Source of the DNA: Planctomycetota bacterium
Lineage (GTDB): Bacteria; Planctomycetota; MHYJ01; WSZJ01
Length of the DNA: 64,000 nucleotides
Direction: 5' to 3'
Assembly (NCBI GenBank): GCA_038060895.1
Contig: JBBTCT010000027.1
Location: 1 to 64,000, forward strand
The translations under genes were made by a program, and so were the position numbers. Shown here in pieces: positions 19,511 to 29,801 of the stretch (the first letter of the stretch is position 1; each line of letters opens with the position of its first letter). The notes beneath the pieces are model-generated. The model made no database searches, was not told the origin of the DNA, and saw only the letters and a list, made by a program, of their open reading frames with translations.

Positions 19511-20376
19511 AGCGCGCGCTCGCCACCTTCGCGGACTACGTCATGCTGACCAAACCAGGCATCAGCCTGATGGTCCTCGTCTCCACCCTCGCGGGCTATT
19601 TCATCGCGGCACGCGGCGTTCTCGAATTCGCCCCCGTCTTCGACCTGCTCTTCGGCACCTTCCTCACGGCCGCCGCCGCCAATTCACTGAACATGCTCAT
19701 GGAAGCGGACACCGACCGCCTGATGAAACGGACCGCCGGGCGGCCGCTCCCGACGGGACGGATGAACGGGAGCGCCGTCGCTGCGTTCGGCGGCGTCTGC
19801 TTCGTGGCCGGCGCCGCATGGCTCGCGCTTCGGGTGAATTTCCTGACGGCGGGACTCGCCGTGGCCACGGTCGCGACCTACCTGCTGATCTACACGCCGC
19901 TGAAGCGCCGCAGTTCGCTTTCCACGATCGCCGGCGCCATCCCGGGCGCCCTTCCGCCGCTCATGGGCTGGGCCGCCGCCGCGGGCACGCTGACCTTTGA
20001 TGCGTGGGTCCTCTTCGCCATCCAGTTCTTCTGGCAGCTCCCGCACTTCCTCGCGATTTCCTGGAACCTGCGCGAGGACTACACGCGCGCCGGCTTTCCG
20101 CTCCTGGCCGTGACCGACCCGGACGGAGGCTCGACCGCGCGCCAGATCGTCTTTCAGTCCCAGGCTCTCCTCGTGGTCTCCCTGATCCCGGCCGTCGCCG
20201 GCAAGTTCGACATCATCTACTTCTCCGCCGCCCTGGCCCTTGGCATCGGGTTCCTCGTCCTGGGGATCCAGTTCGCGATGTCGCCGTCGCGGGGAAGCGC
20301 CCGCCGGGTTTTCTTCGCCTCGGTCCTTTACCTGCCCTGCCTGCTCGCCCTTCTGGCCGGCAAGGCCGTCCTCTGA
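19507..20376 (+). CDS. ctaB: Protoheme IX farnesyltransferase (heme O synthase)
   Basis: LTKPG, DRLMKRTAGRPLPTG, YTPLKR, WQLPHF, EDY..AG. Confidence 0.93.
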   Translation: MKRALATFADYVMLTKPGISLMVLVSTLAGYFIAARGVLEFAPVFDLLFGTFLTAAAANSLNMLMEADTDRLMKRTAGRPLPTGRMNGSAVAAFGGVCFVAGAAWLALRVNFLTAGLAVATVATYLLIYTPLKRRSSLSTIAGAIPGALPPLMGWAAAAGTLTFDAWVLFAIQFFWQLPHFLAISWNLREDYTRAGFPLLAVTDPDGGSTARQIVFQSQALLVVSLIPAVAGKFDIIYFSAALALGIGFLVLGIQFAMSPSRGSARRVFFASVLYLPCLLALLAGKAVL

Positions 20377-20393
20377 CAGGAGCGCAATAACTC

Positions 20394-20978
20394 ATGGCCC
20401 ATGTTGAAGAAGCTCACGCCGATCACCCCTCGAGCCTCGATATCTCGAAGTTCGGGATGTGGCTCTTCCTCGCCAGCGAGGTCATGTTCTTCGCCGGCTT
20501 CATCACCGCGTACATCGTTTTGCGAACGGCCGACCGGGGAGAAGTGTTTTCGCACGGGCAGCACGGCCTGAACAAGGTGCTCGCGGCGCTCAACACCGCG
20601 GTCCTCATTTTCTCGTCGTTCACGATGGTCATGGCGGTGCACGCTTCGAAGAAGGGCAACACGCCGAAGATCAAGCTGAACCTGATCCTGACGATCCTGT
20701 GCGGCTTCGGGTTCATGATCATCAAGTTCATCGAGTACAAGGCGAAGTTGGATGCGGGCCACGGCCCGGGTTTCGACCTCTTCTATGCCACTTACTTCAC
20801 GCTCACGGGCTTCCACGGTCTCCACGTCCTCGCCGGGATGATCGCGCTGGCCATCGTTCTGGCCAACGCGGGGAAATTCAACGCCGCGTACAACACGCCT
20901 GTCGAGGTCACCGGTCTATACTGGCACCTCGTGGACCTGGTCTGGATTTTCCTGTTCCCCATCGTCTACCTCATCTAA
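20394..20978 (+). CDS. coxC: Cytochrome c oxidase subunit III
   Basis: WLFLASEVMFF, TGFHGLHV, YWHLVDLVWIFLF. Confidence 0.95.
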   Translation: MAHVEEAHADHPSSLDISKFGMWLFLASEVMFFAGFITAYIVLRTADRGEVFSHGQHGLNKVLAALNTAVLIFSSFTMVMAVHASKKGNTPKIKLNLILTILCGFGFMIIKFIEYKAKLDAGHGPGFDLFYATYFTLTGFHGLHVLAGMIALAIVLANAGKFNAAYNTPVEVTGLYWHLVDLVWIFLFPIVYLI

Positions 20979-20993
20979 CCGGGAGCCCTCGCC

Positions 20994-21416
20994 ATGTCCG
21001 AACACGCCCACGGCCAGGAAGCGGCCCACGAGCATTCGACGAAGCCGTACTTCGTCGTGTTCTTCGCGCTGATCGCCCTGACGCTGGTCACCGTCGGCAT
21101 CTCCTACGTCGACATCGGCTACGCGGGGAACAAGTTCCTCGGCGTGGCTGTTGCCGTCGTCAAGGCGTCACTGGTCGTCTGGATCTTCATGCACATGAAA
21201 GACGACGGGAAAAAGGACAAGTACCTCGTCACGGCCGTCGTTTTTCCGATCTGTCTGTTCTTCCTCCTGGTCGGGGCCTGCTTCCCGGACGTGGTCTTCC
21301 ACGGTGGCGACCAGGCGCGTCACATGGATCCGGGCCCGTGGGACAACATCGGGCACCACGCCGACGATGGGAAGAAGCCTGCGGACTCCCACGGGCACGA
21401 GGGGCACGGGCACTAG
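20994..21416 (+). CDS. Cytochrome c oxidase subunit IV family, His-rich termini
   Basis: VFFALIALT...KASLVVWIFMHMK. Confidence 0.85.
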   Translation: MSEHAHGQEAAHEHSTKPYFVVFFALIALTLVTVGISYVDIGYAGNKFLGVAVAVVKASLVVWIFMHMKDDGKKDKYLVTAVVFPICLFFLLVGACFPDVVFHGGDQARHMDPGPWDNIGHHADDGKKPADSHGHEGHGH

Positions 21417-21515
21417 TTCGGTGAGCGGCCTGGGTAAGGCAGCCGGTTGGGAGTCGGGAGTGGGAACGACTCCTGCTAGTGGAATGTCAAATTTGTCTCG
21501 GGAGGTCATTAAGGC

Positions 21516-21549
21516 GTGCCTGGTGCCTGGTGCCTGGTGCCTGGTGCCT
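21516..21549. repeat. Heptamer tandem repeat (GTGCCTG) x~5
   Basis: GTGCCTG four times plus GTGCCT, in the intergenic region after the cox operon. Confidence 0.9.
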
Positions 21550-21683
21550 TCGACCTGGTGCGACTTTTCACGCGAGACACGAGGCACTTCCCGGAAAAGC
21601 GAACTTCCACAATCAACCCTGACGCTCCGCTAGTAGCGGTCTTTTCTACCCTCTACCCCCTACCAACTACCCGCCTTCCTTGG

Positions 21684-22079
21684 TTACAGCGACCCACGCA
21701 CCCACTCCTCAAACGACGCCGCTTCCTGCGTCACATCGTCCCAATCCGAGCTCGACAGACCGAGCATGACGACTGACGGAAGCGGTCCTCGGCGGTAGTC
21801 GAAGGCGTACACGGTGAAGCCTTCGTTGCCGAACCCTATGAGTCCGCCGAACCACTGGAACACGGGAAGCACGCGATTCAGGCTCGCGATTTCGTCGATC
21901 TTCCACAGTCCGCGCCAGATTCCGCGCGGCGTCACGCCTCCGGCCTCGCGGAGAAACGCGCGATAATCGTGAGGAAGCGGCACGCGGAGGTTCTTCTCCA
22001 GCGCGACCACCGCAATTTCTTCGCACGTGACGCCCAGGGAAGCGCCCTTCCTGCGCATTTCAGCGACGAGGATTCGCAT
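21684..22079 (-). CDS. SMI1/KNR4 (SUKH) family protein
   Basis: EKNLRVPLPHDYRAFLREAGG...IGFGNEG...YAFD...ASFEEWV; start uncertain. Confidence 0.75.
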   Translation of the reverse strand: MRILVAEMRRKGASLGVTCEEIAVVALEKNLRVPLPHDYRAFLREAGGVTPRGIWRGLWKIDEIASLNRVLPVFQWFGGLIGFGNEGFTVYAFDYRRGPLPSVVMLGLSSSDWDDVTQEAASFEEWVRGSL

Positions 22080-22171
22080 GCGATCTGCGGCCAGTCGTGC
22101 CGCAGGATCGAATTCCGATTCGTCGTCGAACTTCCCCGGCGGAGACCCATCGCGGGGCAAGATGAGCCTGC

Positions 22172-22423
22172 TTAGGCCGTCGCCTGCGAGGCTGCGCGGC
22201 GGCGCGCGGCGGCCTGCTTGTCGGAGCGCAGGATCATCAGGATGATCCCGGCGGTCAGCAGGAAGGGGGTTGCGATCATCCCGTAGATCGTGACCTTGAA
22301 CCCCAGCGCCAGCGGCGCGGCCTCTTCTTCCTTGAGAGACTCCTTGCACATCGAGCACTGCGCCGCCGCGGGAGCGGCGACGGCGAACACGATGGCGAGG
22401 GAAAGGAAGCAGGCGCGAAGCAT
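22172..22423 (-). CDS. Small exported/membrane CxxC protein
   Basis: Signal peptide, AQCSMCK, then one TM helix. Confidence 0.6.
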   Translation of the reverse strand: MLRACFLSLAIVFAVAAPAAAQCSMCKESLKEEEAAPLALGFKVTIYGMIATPFLLTAGIILMILRSDKQAAARRRAASQATA

Positions 22424-22514
22424 GACCGTCAGCGTATTCGCGCGTGTTTGCGGAGTCAAGGAGCGGCCGCTGGCAAGTGGCCGCTGGCCACCCGTTTCGC
22501 TACTCTGGCGGGAC

Positions 22515-23849
22515 ATGCCTGAGTTCCTACCGTGGTCCGCAGACCTCACGCGCCAGGCCGGCAACCGTTTGCTCGCCGTCCTCTCCGGCGCTTCGTGGGA
22601 CCGCTGGATGCGCCCGCTTCTGGAATCGCTCGAGGATCCGGGGGTCGTGGTGGCGCTGGAGGACTTCGCGCTCGTCCGCATCGACAGCGACCTGCGCCCC
22701 GACGTGGCGCGGCGCCTCGCGCCGTCGGGCCTGCCCACTCTCGCCCTCCTCACTCCGGATGGATTCCCGCTCGCCGCAACCACCTGGGCTCCTCCGCGGA
22801 CGATCCGCGAGTTCCTCACCTCGGCCGCATTCCAGTGGAAGATCCGGGGGCCGTTGATCGCGGAAGAAGCGAAGCGCGCGCATGCGACGGCCGTGCAGAT
22901 GGGGCAGTTGACGCCCCGGCGCGGCCCCGTGGACGACGATTTCGTGAGGGCGTGCGTCGAGGAACTCATCGAGACTTCCGACCCGATCTGGGGAGGGTGG
23001 GGCGGAGCGCCGAAACTCCTGAACGTTCCCGCGATTTCAATCCTCCTTCGCCGCGCCGACCTGGCGGGGGCCCGGGCGGTCGCCTTCAGGACGCTGAAGG
23101 CGATCGTGGAATCTCCGATGCGGACGGAGTCCCTGCTGCTCTTTCATGAATCGGACTCTTCCGACTGGCAGTCACCCTCCGGCGTCATCCTCCCGCCCGA
23201 AAATGCGGAACTCATCTTCCTGAACCCAGGTCGGCTCTCCGAGTTCGGAACCATGTACACCGGGATTCACGGAGCGCTCCTCGAGACCATGTACGGCACC
23301 GGGCTTCCATGCGCCATGCGGGGCGAAGAGAAATTCCTGGCGACCGGCGCTTCAAGATTTGCCGCCGCCCAGATCAACATTCGATTTCCCGCGTTCGAGC
23401 GGCGCGAGCTCGTGAAGCCGCCCCATTCCCTCGTCTCCCATTTCGCAGAGTCCTGGGACCCGACATTCCATCTTGCCGACCAGGCCGCCGCGGTCGCCGC
23501 GTTCGCCAGTTTCTCGCACTATCCGGAATGGGATCACAGTTTCCGCACGATGGCCGAGCGCCTGGCCCGCGCCATTCTCGACAGTTTCTGGGACGACTCC
23601 GCCTGTGCCTTTCGTGACCGCTTTGGCCCTCCCGTGGAACTCGCCCCCCTGGACACAATCCAGGTCCCTGTCGAGGAAAACGCCATCCTGGCCGGCGCCC
23701 TGGCGCGCATGGGAGGGGAGTGGCTCGAGCTGGCGAAGGACTGCCTCGGCTCGTTCACGGACGCCTTCATCGGCCAGGGCGTCGGCGCCGCGCGGATCGC
23801 GCTCGCCGTGCAGGAGGTGCTTGAAGCGGAGACTGAAGCCTCCGCCTGA
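22515..23849 (+). CDS. DUF255/YyaL-like thioredoxin-domain protein (degenerate)
   Basis: FLPWS...ASWDRWM...RIDSDLRPDV...GLPTLALLTPDG, D..WGGWGGAPK; CxxC lost. Confidence 0.6.
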   Translation: MPEFLPWSADLTRQAGNRLLAVLSGASWDRWMRPLLESLEDPGVVVALEDFALVRIDSDLRPDVARRLAPSGLPTLALLTPDGFPLAATTWAPPRTIREFLTSAAFQWKIRGPLIAEEAKRAHATAVQMGQLTPRRGPVDDDFVRACVEELIETSDPIWGGWGGAPKLLNVPAISILLRRADLAGARAVAFRTLKAIVESPMRTESLLLFHESDSSDWQSPSGVILPPENAELIFLNPGRLSEFGTMYTGIHGALLETMYGTGLPCAMRGEEKFLATGASRFAAAQINIRFPAFERRELVKPPHSLVSHFAESWDPTFHLADQAAAVAAFASFSHYPEWDHSFRTMAERLARAILDSFWDDSACAFRDRFGPPVELAPLDTIQVPVEENAILAGALARMGGEWLELAKDCLGSFTDAFIGQGVGAARIALAVQEVLEAETEASA

Positions 23850-23926
23850 TCGAGGCGGGGGGAATTCCCGCGCGCATCAGCCCCCGCCTTGTCCCCGGCG
23901 CCTACTTCGATTAAAATGCACTCCTC

Positions 23927-24349
23927 ATGGCCACCAGTTCCCAGGGCGCGGACGTCAAACTCTTCACGAAAGAGGAAGCCGACAAGACGCTTCCACTCGT
24001 GCGCGTCATCGTGCGCGACATCGTGACGGACTACGACGTCTACACGAAGAAGTCGCAGGAGCTCAACGCCATCACCGCGCGCATGGCCGCAAAGCCGACG
24101 AAGGACGACCTGCGGTCTCAGCAGACGCTGGAGGAAGAGGTCGGCGTCGTGAAAAAGCGGATCGCGGAGGCGGCCATGGAACTGGAGAAGCTCGGGATCG
24201 AGCTCAAGGACTGCCAGCTCGGCCTCGTGGACTTCCCCGCGAAGGTCAACGGCGACATCGCCTATTTGTGCTGGAAATTCGACGAAGCCAAAATCGGGTT
24301 CTGGCACGGCCTGTCCGAAGCGTTCATTGGCCGTAAGCCGCTTTCATAG
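23927..24349 (+). CDS. DUF2203 family protein
   Basis: FTKEEADKTLPLV...GIELKD...GLVDFPA...YLCWKFDE...WH...F.GR.P. Confidence 0.85.
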   Translation: MATSSQGADVKLFTKEEADKTLPLVRVIVRDIVTDYDVYTKKSQELNAITARMAAKPTKDDLRSQQTLEEEVGVVKKRIAEAAMELEKLGIELKDCQLGLVDFPAKVNGDIAYLCWKFDEAKIGFWHGLSEAFIGRKPLS

Positions 24350-24404
24350 AAAGCGTCATCCGCGCTTGCGGCCCCTTCCGAATTGGCGGAACATCAGCAG
24401 TCCA

Positions 24405-25220
24405 ATGCCTTCCGCCGCCAAGCCGCTTCACGAATACTCGGAATTGAAACCCTGGAGGCTCCCGGAGGGGATCCTCTATGGGCCCTTTCCGACTCGCCGC
24501 AAGGGGCGCGCGTTGGGAGTCAACCTGCTTCCCCCGGGCGACAAGGCGTGCACCTTCAACTGCGTGTACTGCCAGTGCGGGTGGACGCCTGTGGACGTGT
24601 TCCGGAGCGGGGAGTGGAAAGCGAAGTGCCCTTCGCTGGAAGACGTCCGCAAGGGGATCGAAGAGGGTTTCGCGGGACTGCTCGCGGAAGGGAACGCTCC
24701 GGATGCGATCGTGGTGAGCGGAAACGGCGAGCCGACGCTGTACCCGGACTTTGAGGAAGCGGTCGGCCTGGTGCTCGCCGGGCGCGACCAGTGGTTTCCG
24801 AAGACCCGGACGATGGTCCTGACCGCGGGGACCGAACTGGGCCGGCCGGACATCCGCCGCGCCTGCGACCGGCTCGACGAGCGCTGCGTGAAGCTCGACG
24901 CGGGCGACGCGAAGACGCTGAAGAAGATCGACCTCCCGCTCGTGCCGTTCTCGCTCGACACGCTCGTTTCTAATTGCGCTAAGTTGCGCGACGTGACGAT
25001 CCAGTCGTTCTTCACGCAGGGCGTCGTGGACAACACGAAGGAGACGGCGATCGGCGCGTGGCTGGACCGGCTCGACGAAATCCAGCCGGTCGAGGTGCAG
25101 GTGTACTCGCTCGACCGCGTGCCGCCGGCGAAGGGGCTGAAGAAAGTGGCTCGCGCGGAGTTGGAATCGATCGCGGCTCGTGTGGCGCAGAGATTGGGTG
25201 TTCCAGCCCACGTCTTCTGA
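24405..25220 (+). CDS. Radical SAM protein (COG0731-like)
   Basis: [43 protein letters not shown]. Confidence 0.85.
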   Translation: MPSAAKPLHEYSELKPWRLPEGILYGPFPTRRKGRALGVNLLPPGDKACTFNCVYCQCGWTPVDVFRSGEWKAKCPSLEDVRKGIEEGFAGLLAEGNAPDAIVVSGNGEPTLYPDFEEAVGLVLAGRDQWFPKTRTMVLTAGTELGRPDIRRACDRLDERCVKLDAGDAKTLKKIDLPLVPFSLDTLVSNCAKLRDVTIQSFFTQGVVDNTKETAIGAWLDRLDEIQPVEVQVYSLDRVPPAKGLKKVARAELESIAARVAQRLGVPAHVF

Positions 25221-25416
25221 CCGTGGCGCATCCATTTCCTCGCGTGAATCGCGTACGCCTGCGCCATCGAGAGTCCCCCTCCAGGCAATCCCGCATCTAG
25301 TTTTGCGCCGTAACTCTCTTCGCCGACAACATTTGACGCGATTCCGGGGTCGTGCAAAAATAAACCCAACATTGGACCTCGACTTACCGCTCTTCCGCAA
25401 GACTCCGGAGGATTCC

Positions 25417-26064
25417 ATGCTCGAAGGCAAGGTCGGCGACAACATCATCATCACCAACGCGGACGCCCTGCTCAACTGGGCCCGCGAGTCCGCTCTCTGG
25501 CCGATGACGTTCGGCCTCGCCTGCTGCGCCATCGAAATGATGGCCGTCGGCGCCTCCCGCTTCGACCTCGACCGATTCGGCGCCGGCGCCTTCCGCGCTT
25601 CCCCACGCCAGAGCGACGTCATGATCGTCGCCGGGACCGTGACGCTGAAGATGGCGACGCGCGTGAGAAAGCTCTTCGACCAGATGGCCGAGCCGAAGTA
25701 CGTCATCAGCATGGGCTCGTGCGCGACGTGTGGAGGGCCGTACTGGGCGCACGGGTACCACGTGCTCAAGGGCGTGGACAATGTTGTGCCGGTGGACATC
25801 TACGTGCCGGGGTGTCCGCCGAGGCCGGAAGCGCTGATCCAGGGGATCATCAAGCTGCAGGAGAAGATCCACCAGGACCGGATGTTCCGTTATCGCGAGA
25901 GGAAGGAAGGGGAGGCATCGCTGGGTTTGCCCGCGGAGCCGGTGCCGATCATGCCTCCTCCCGCGCCGGTGGCCTCGCGGGAGAGTGTGGCACCGGGGTC
26001 GCCTGAAGCGATTGCGCTTGCCGCCGCCGTGAATACCGCGCCGGCCCCGGGAGCGAATTCGTGA
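25417..26064 (+). CDS. nuoB: NADH-quinone oxidoreductase subunit B
   Basis: [32 protein letters not shown]. Confidence 0.95.
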   Translation: MLEGKVGDNIIITNADALLNWARESALWPMTFGLACCAIEMMAVGASRFDLDRFGAGAFRASPRQSDVMIVAGTVTLKMATRVRKLFDQMAEPKYVISMGSCATCGGPYWAHGYHVLKGVDNVVPVDIYVPGCPPRPEALIQGIIKLQEKIHQDRMFRYRERKEGEASLGLPAEPVPIMPPPAPVASRESVAPGSPEAIALAAAVNTAPAPGANS

Positions 26065-27212
26065 CGCCGATCGAGATCTTCAATCTGCTCAAAGAGAAAT
26101 TCGGGGACGCGGTGGCGTTCACGGAAGCGAAGCAGGCTCCAGCACCCAAGCCCGCCGCGCCGCCTGCTCCTGCGCCGGGAGCTGCGAAGCCGGCGGCGCC
26201 CGCCGCCGCAGGTGCCGCGAAACCCGCCGTTCCTGCCGCGCCCAAGCCCGCGGCCCCGCCGGCCCCGAAGCCAGCCGATGCGGCAGCGGCGCCCGCGGCG
26301 CAGCCTGCCGAGAAGCCCCAGGCGATGACGCCGCCTGCCGACAAGCCCGCCGAGTCGCCGAAGCCACACGCGCCGCCGGCGGCCGTTCCTGCCGTGCCTC
26401 CCGCCTCCGCGCCTGACGGCGCTACGGCGGGCAAGCCCGCTCCCGCAACTCCGGCGGCCCCGAAGCCCGCAGCCGCTGCCGGCGCCGCGGCGGCGCCCAG
26501 GCCCGCGACGCCCGCCGCGCCGAAGCCCGCCGCACCCGGCGCGATGGTCCCGGTCGGAGATCCCTTCATCAAGGTCTCCTCGCCCGACCGGATCCCCGAT
26601 GTCATGGCGTTCCTGCGCGACGACCCGCGCACGAACTTCGACCTGCTCCATGATCTTTCCGGGCTCGACCAGAAGGACTGCATCGAGGTCGTGTACCACC
26701 TGAACTCGCTTCCCAAAAAACACTGGATCGTCGTCAAGGTTGCGGTCCCCCGCGCGAATGGCGTCGTGCCGACGGTGGCGCACCTCTGGAAGACGGCGAT
26801 CTGGCACGAGCGCGAGGCGTTTGATCTCTTCGGGATGAAATTCGCCGGCAATCCGGACCTGCGTCGCATCCTGCTTCCGGACGATTGGGAAGGGCACCCG
26901 TTGCTGAAGGATTACAAGGTGCAGGAGTTCTATCGCGGCATGCCTGTGCCGTACCACGGGGAGCACTGGGTCGGGGAAGGGACGCTGGTGACGAAGAAGG
27001 AGGACGTGTCGGCGGAATCGCTGGAGCAGTGGTACCAGATGGGGCTGAAGCCTGCCGTGAAGGCCGCGGAACCCGTCGCTGCGGCCGCGCCGGCGCCTGC
27101 GGCTGCGAAGCCTGCGCCGCCGGTTCCCGCCACGCCCCCGGCGCCGAAGACCGAAAACAAAACAACGGGCGACGCCCCCAAGGCAGACCCCGGCGCTGAA
27201 AAGAAGGAATAG
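26061..27212 (+). CDS. nuoC: NADH-quinone oxidoreductase subunit C with long Pro/Ala insertion
   Basis: [34 protein letters not shown]. Confidence 0.9.
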   Translation: MTPIEIFNLLKEKFGDAVAFTEAKQAPAPKPAAPPAPAPGAAKPAAPAAAGAAKPAVPAAPKPAAPPAPKPADAAAAPAAQPAEKPQAMTPPADKPAESPKPHAPPAAVPAVPPASAPDGATAGKPAPATPAAPKPAAAAGAAAAPRPATPAAPKPAAPGAMVPVGDPFIKVSSPDRIPDVMAFLRDDPRTNFDLLHDLSGLDQKDCIEVVYHLNSLPKKHWIVVKVAVPRANGVVPTVAHLWKTAIWHEREAFDLFGMKFAGNPDLRRILLPDDWEGHPLLKDYKVQEFYRGMPVPYHGEHWVGEGTLVTKKEDVSAESLEQWYQMGLKPAVKAAEPVAAAAPAPAAAKPAPPVPATPPAPKTENKTTGDAPKADPGAEKKE

Positions 27213-27221
27213 GAGAAGTCC

Positions 27222-27848
27222 ATGGGCCTCGGATCCTACGTCAGCGATCTCGTCGAGGGTTTCTCGAGCGTCTGGGACGCCATGGTCGTCGGCCTCCAGG
27301 GTTACACCGACAAGCCCGTGACCGAGCTGTACCCCGATACGAAAATGCGCCTTCCCGAGCGCACGCGCATGCAGCTGTTCAACCGCTTCGAGGACTGCAT
27401 CGGCTGCAACATGTGCGCGATGGCCTGCCCCGTCGATTGCATCTACATCGACACGGTCAAGGCCGCCAAGGCCGACGCCATGCCGGAGCAGTACCTCGGA
27501 AAGACGCGCGACGGGAAAGAGAAAAAGCTGTACGTGACGAAGTTCGACATCGACATGGCGAAGTGCTGCTATTGCAACCTCTGCACGTTCCCGTGCCCGA
27601 CGGAGTGCCTGACGATGTCGCCGCGGTTTGAGGCGTCGGTGACGAACAGGAACGACCTGATCTATCACTTCTCGCCGATGACAAAGGCCGAAGTCGAGCA
27701 TGTCGGGAAGGCAGCCGAGGTTGAGAAGGCGGCGGCGGAAGCGGCGAAGGCCGCGGCGGCTGCGGCCAAGGCGGCTGCGCCGAAGCCCGCCACTCCGGCC
27801 GCGCCCGCGGCTCCCGCTCCTTCCGCGACCCCGGAACCCCCGAAATAG
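27222..27848 (+). CDS. nuoI: NADH-quinone oxidoreductase subunit I
   Basis: CIGCNMCAMACP and CCYCNLCTFPCP 2x[4Fe-4S]; VTELYP. Confidence 0.9.
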   Translation: MGLGSYVSDLVEGFSSVWDAMVVGLQGYTDKPVTELYPDTKMRLPERTRMQLFNRFEDCIGCNMCAMACPVDCIYIDTVKAAKADAMPEQYLGKTRDGKEKKLYVTKFDIDMAKCCYCNLCTFPCPTECLTMSPRFEASVTNRNDLIYHFSPMTKAEVEHVGKAAEVEKAAAEAAKAAAAAAKAAAPKPATPAAPAAPAPSATPEPPK

Positions 27849-27857
27849 GCGGACTCC

Positions 27858-29015
27858 ATGTACGTTGAATCCCGGCGGATGACCGACGAAGGCGAGGAAA
27901 TGGTCCTGAACATGGGACCGCAGCACCCGTCCACGCACGGCGTGCTGCGCCTCGAGCTCGTGACGGATGGGGAACTCGTCACGAAGGTGACGCCGCACAT
28001 CGGCTACCTGCACCGGTGCTTCGAGAAGCACTGCGAGAACATGAAGTACCAGCAGATCATCCCGTACGTCGACCGCATGGACTACCTGGCCGCGATGAAC
28101 AACGAGCTGGGGTTTGCGATCGCGGCGGAGAGGCTGCTGCCGGAAGTGAAAATCTCGCCGAAGCTCGAGCACATCCGCGTTCTCATCGCCGAATTGAACC
28201 GGATCGCTTCCCACCTCGTCGCGGTCGGCACGTACGGCCTCGACGTCGGAACGTTTACGCCGTTCCTCTACTGCTTCCGCGACCGCGAGCGCATCCTGGA
28301 CCTCTTCGAGTGGTGCAGCGGCGCGCGCCTTCTCTACAACTACCTCTGGATCGGCGGCGTCGCGTTCGACCTGCCGGAAGGGTTCATCGAGAAGACCGAG
28401 GAGTTCTGCGACGCCTTCGGCAAGACGGTCGACGACGTGGACCGGATGATGTCGTACAACCGGATCTTCATCAAGCGCACCAACGAGATCGGCGTGATTT
28501 CGCCGGAGACCGCGGTGCAGTACGGGCTGGGCGGGCCGAATCTTCGCGGGAGCGGGGTGAAGTGGGACCTGCGTCGGGACGAGCCGTACTCGATTTACCC
28601 GCAGCTGGAGTTCAACGTGATTGTCGGGACGGGCGAGAAAGGTCCGCTCGGGAGCTGCTGGGACCGATACATGGTGCGCGTCCGCGAGATGCGCGAGAGC
28701 GTGAAGATCGTCCGCCAGATCTGCGAGCGCTGGAAGAAGGCCGACTGGAGAACGACGGACCCGAACCTGAACCTGCCGCGTCGCATCAAGCCGGTCGCAG
28801 GCGCCGAAGCGTACAGCCGCAGCGAAACGCCGCGCGGCGAGCTGGCTTACTACATCGTGAGCGACGGGCAGGAGAAGCCGTACCGCGTCAAGGCGCGCAG
28901 CCCCGCGTTCACGGCAATTTCGTGCGTCGAGGAATGCGGGCCCGGCGTACTGATCGCGGACGCCGTGGCGTTCGTGGGATCGCTGGATATCGTGCTCGGG
29001 GAGATTGACCGGTAA
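27858..29015 (+). CDS. nuoD: NADH-quinone oxidoreductase subunit D
   Basis: NMGPQHPSTHGVLRL, GYLHR, DRMDY, ETPRGE, SLDIVLGEIDR; no NiFe-binding CxxC. Confidence 0.95.
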   Translation: MYVESRRMTDEGEEMVLNMGPQHPSTHGVLRLELVTDGELVTKVTPHIGYLHRCFEKHCENMKYQQIIPYVDRMDYLAAMNNELGFAIAAERLLPEVKISPKLEHIRVLIAELNRIASHLVAVGTYGLDVGTFTPFLYCFRDRERILDLFEWCSGARLLYNYLWIGGVAFDLPEGFIEKTEEFCDAFGKTVDDVDRMMSYNRIFIKRTNEIGVISPETAVQYGLGGPNLRGSGVKWDLRRDEPYSIYPQLEFNVIVGTGEKGPLGSCWDRYMVRVREMRESVKIVRQICERWKKADWRTTDPNLNLPRRIKPVAGAEAYSRSETPRGELAYYIVSDGQEKPYRVKARSPAFTAISCVEECGPGVLIADAVAFVGSLDIVLGEIDR

Positions 29016-29031
29016 GAAGAGGCTGTCGGAG

Positions 29032-29070
29032 GCCCTTCAACTCGCTCCCTTCGGTCGCTCGCTCAGGGTG
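29032..29070. repeat. Dispersed REP-like palindrome, copy 2 (inverted)
   Basis: GCCCTTCAACTCGCT-cccttcggt-CGCTCGCTCAGGGTG matches the reverse complement of the 7551 copy. Confidence 0.65.
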
Positions 29071-29108
29071 GTCTGGCTCGGGCGTTGGCCCCAACTCGGG
29101 AGTGATTC

Positions 29109-29801
29109 ATGTTCTGCCAATTCTGTGGCACCCCGATCGCGGTCGGCGGATCTGCCTGCCCCAAGTGCGGGGCGCCGGCGACGGGAGGGCTCGCTTCCGC
29201 GGCGGCACCACAGAACGCTTTCGCCCCGCCTCCTGGCGGAAACTGGACCGCCTCCCCCATCCCGCCGCGACAGGGCAGTTCCACCCCCTGGATCCTCATC
29301 GCAGCAGTCGGGTGTCTTGGGATTGTCTTCGTCGGCGCAATCGCCGCGGCGATCTTGCTGCCGGCGTTCGCGGCCGCCCGAAAGGCTACACGGACCGTGG
29401 ACTGCCGGAACGACATGAAGCAGATCGGTGTCTACGTTTTGCTCTATGAGAGCAAGTACCGCGATTATCCTGAAGCGCTTCGGGACATCTACCGGCCCGA
29501 CCTCGCCACCGACCCCAACATTTTCATCTGCCCCGTTAACGGCCAGCCTTTCAAGTCTCCGAGTTCCACTTCCATGAAGTGGGACGACTTCTCCTCGCGC
29601 GTCGGCATCGAATACCTGAAGCCGCCGTCCTTCGACCCTATGAACGACCGGGTTCGCGACATCAGCAAAGTCCTCATGGCTTGGGAGCGAACGCCCCACT
29701 CCGACGGCCGCAGGACCGTGCTCTTCGTCACCGGAAGGGTGGACACCGTGGACGACGCGATGTTCCAGGCGATCCTGAAGGCGCGGCGTGAATGGAAATA
29801 G
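29109..29801 (+). CDS. Zn-ribbon + TM + DUF1559/H-X9-DG-like protein
   Basis: CQFC/CPKC ribbon, ILLPAFAAARK...C.NDMKQIG, FICP, H.DG..VLF..G. Confidence 0.7.
   Translation: MFCQFCGTPIAVGGSACPKCGAPATGGLASAAAPQNAFAPPPGGNWTASPIPPRQGSSTPWILIAAVGCLGIVFVGAIAAAILLPAFAAARKATRTVDCRNDMKQIGVYVLLYESKYRDYPEALRDIYRPDLATDPNIFICPVNGQPFKSPSSTSMKWDDFSSRVGIEYLKPPSFDPMNDRVRDISKVLMAWERTPHSDGRRTVLFVTGRVDTVDDAMFQAILKARREWK

Noticed and set aside
21516-21673. Possible CRISPR array
   Set aside because: Only 7-bp tandem units, with no spacers and no cas genes
27858-29015. Group 4 NiFe hydrogenase large subunit
   Set aside because: No N- or C-terminal CxxC Ni ligands; typical NuoD motifs instead
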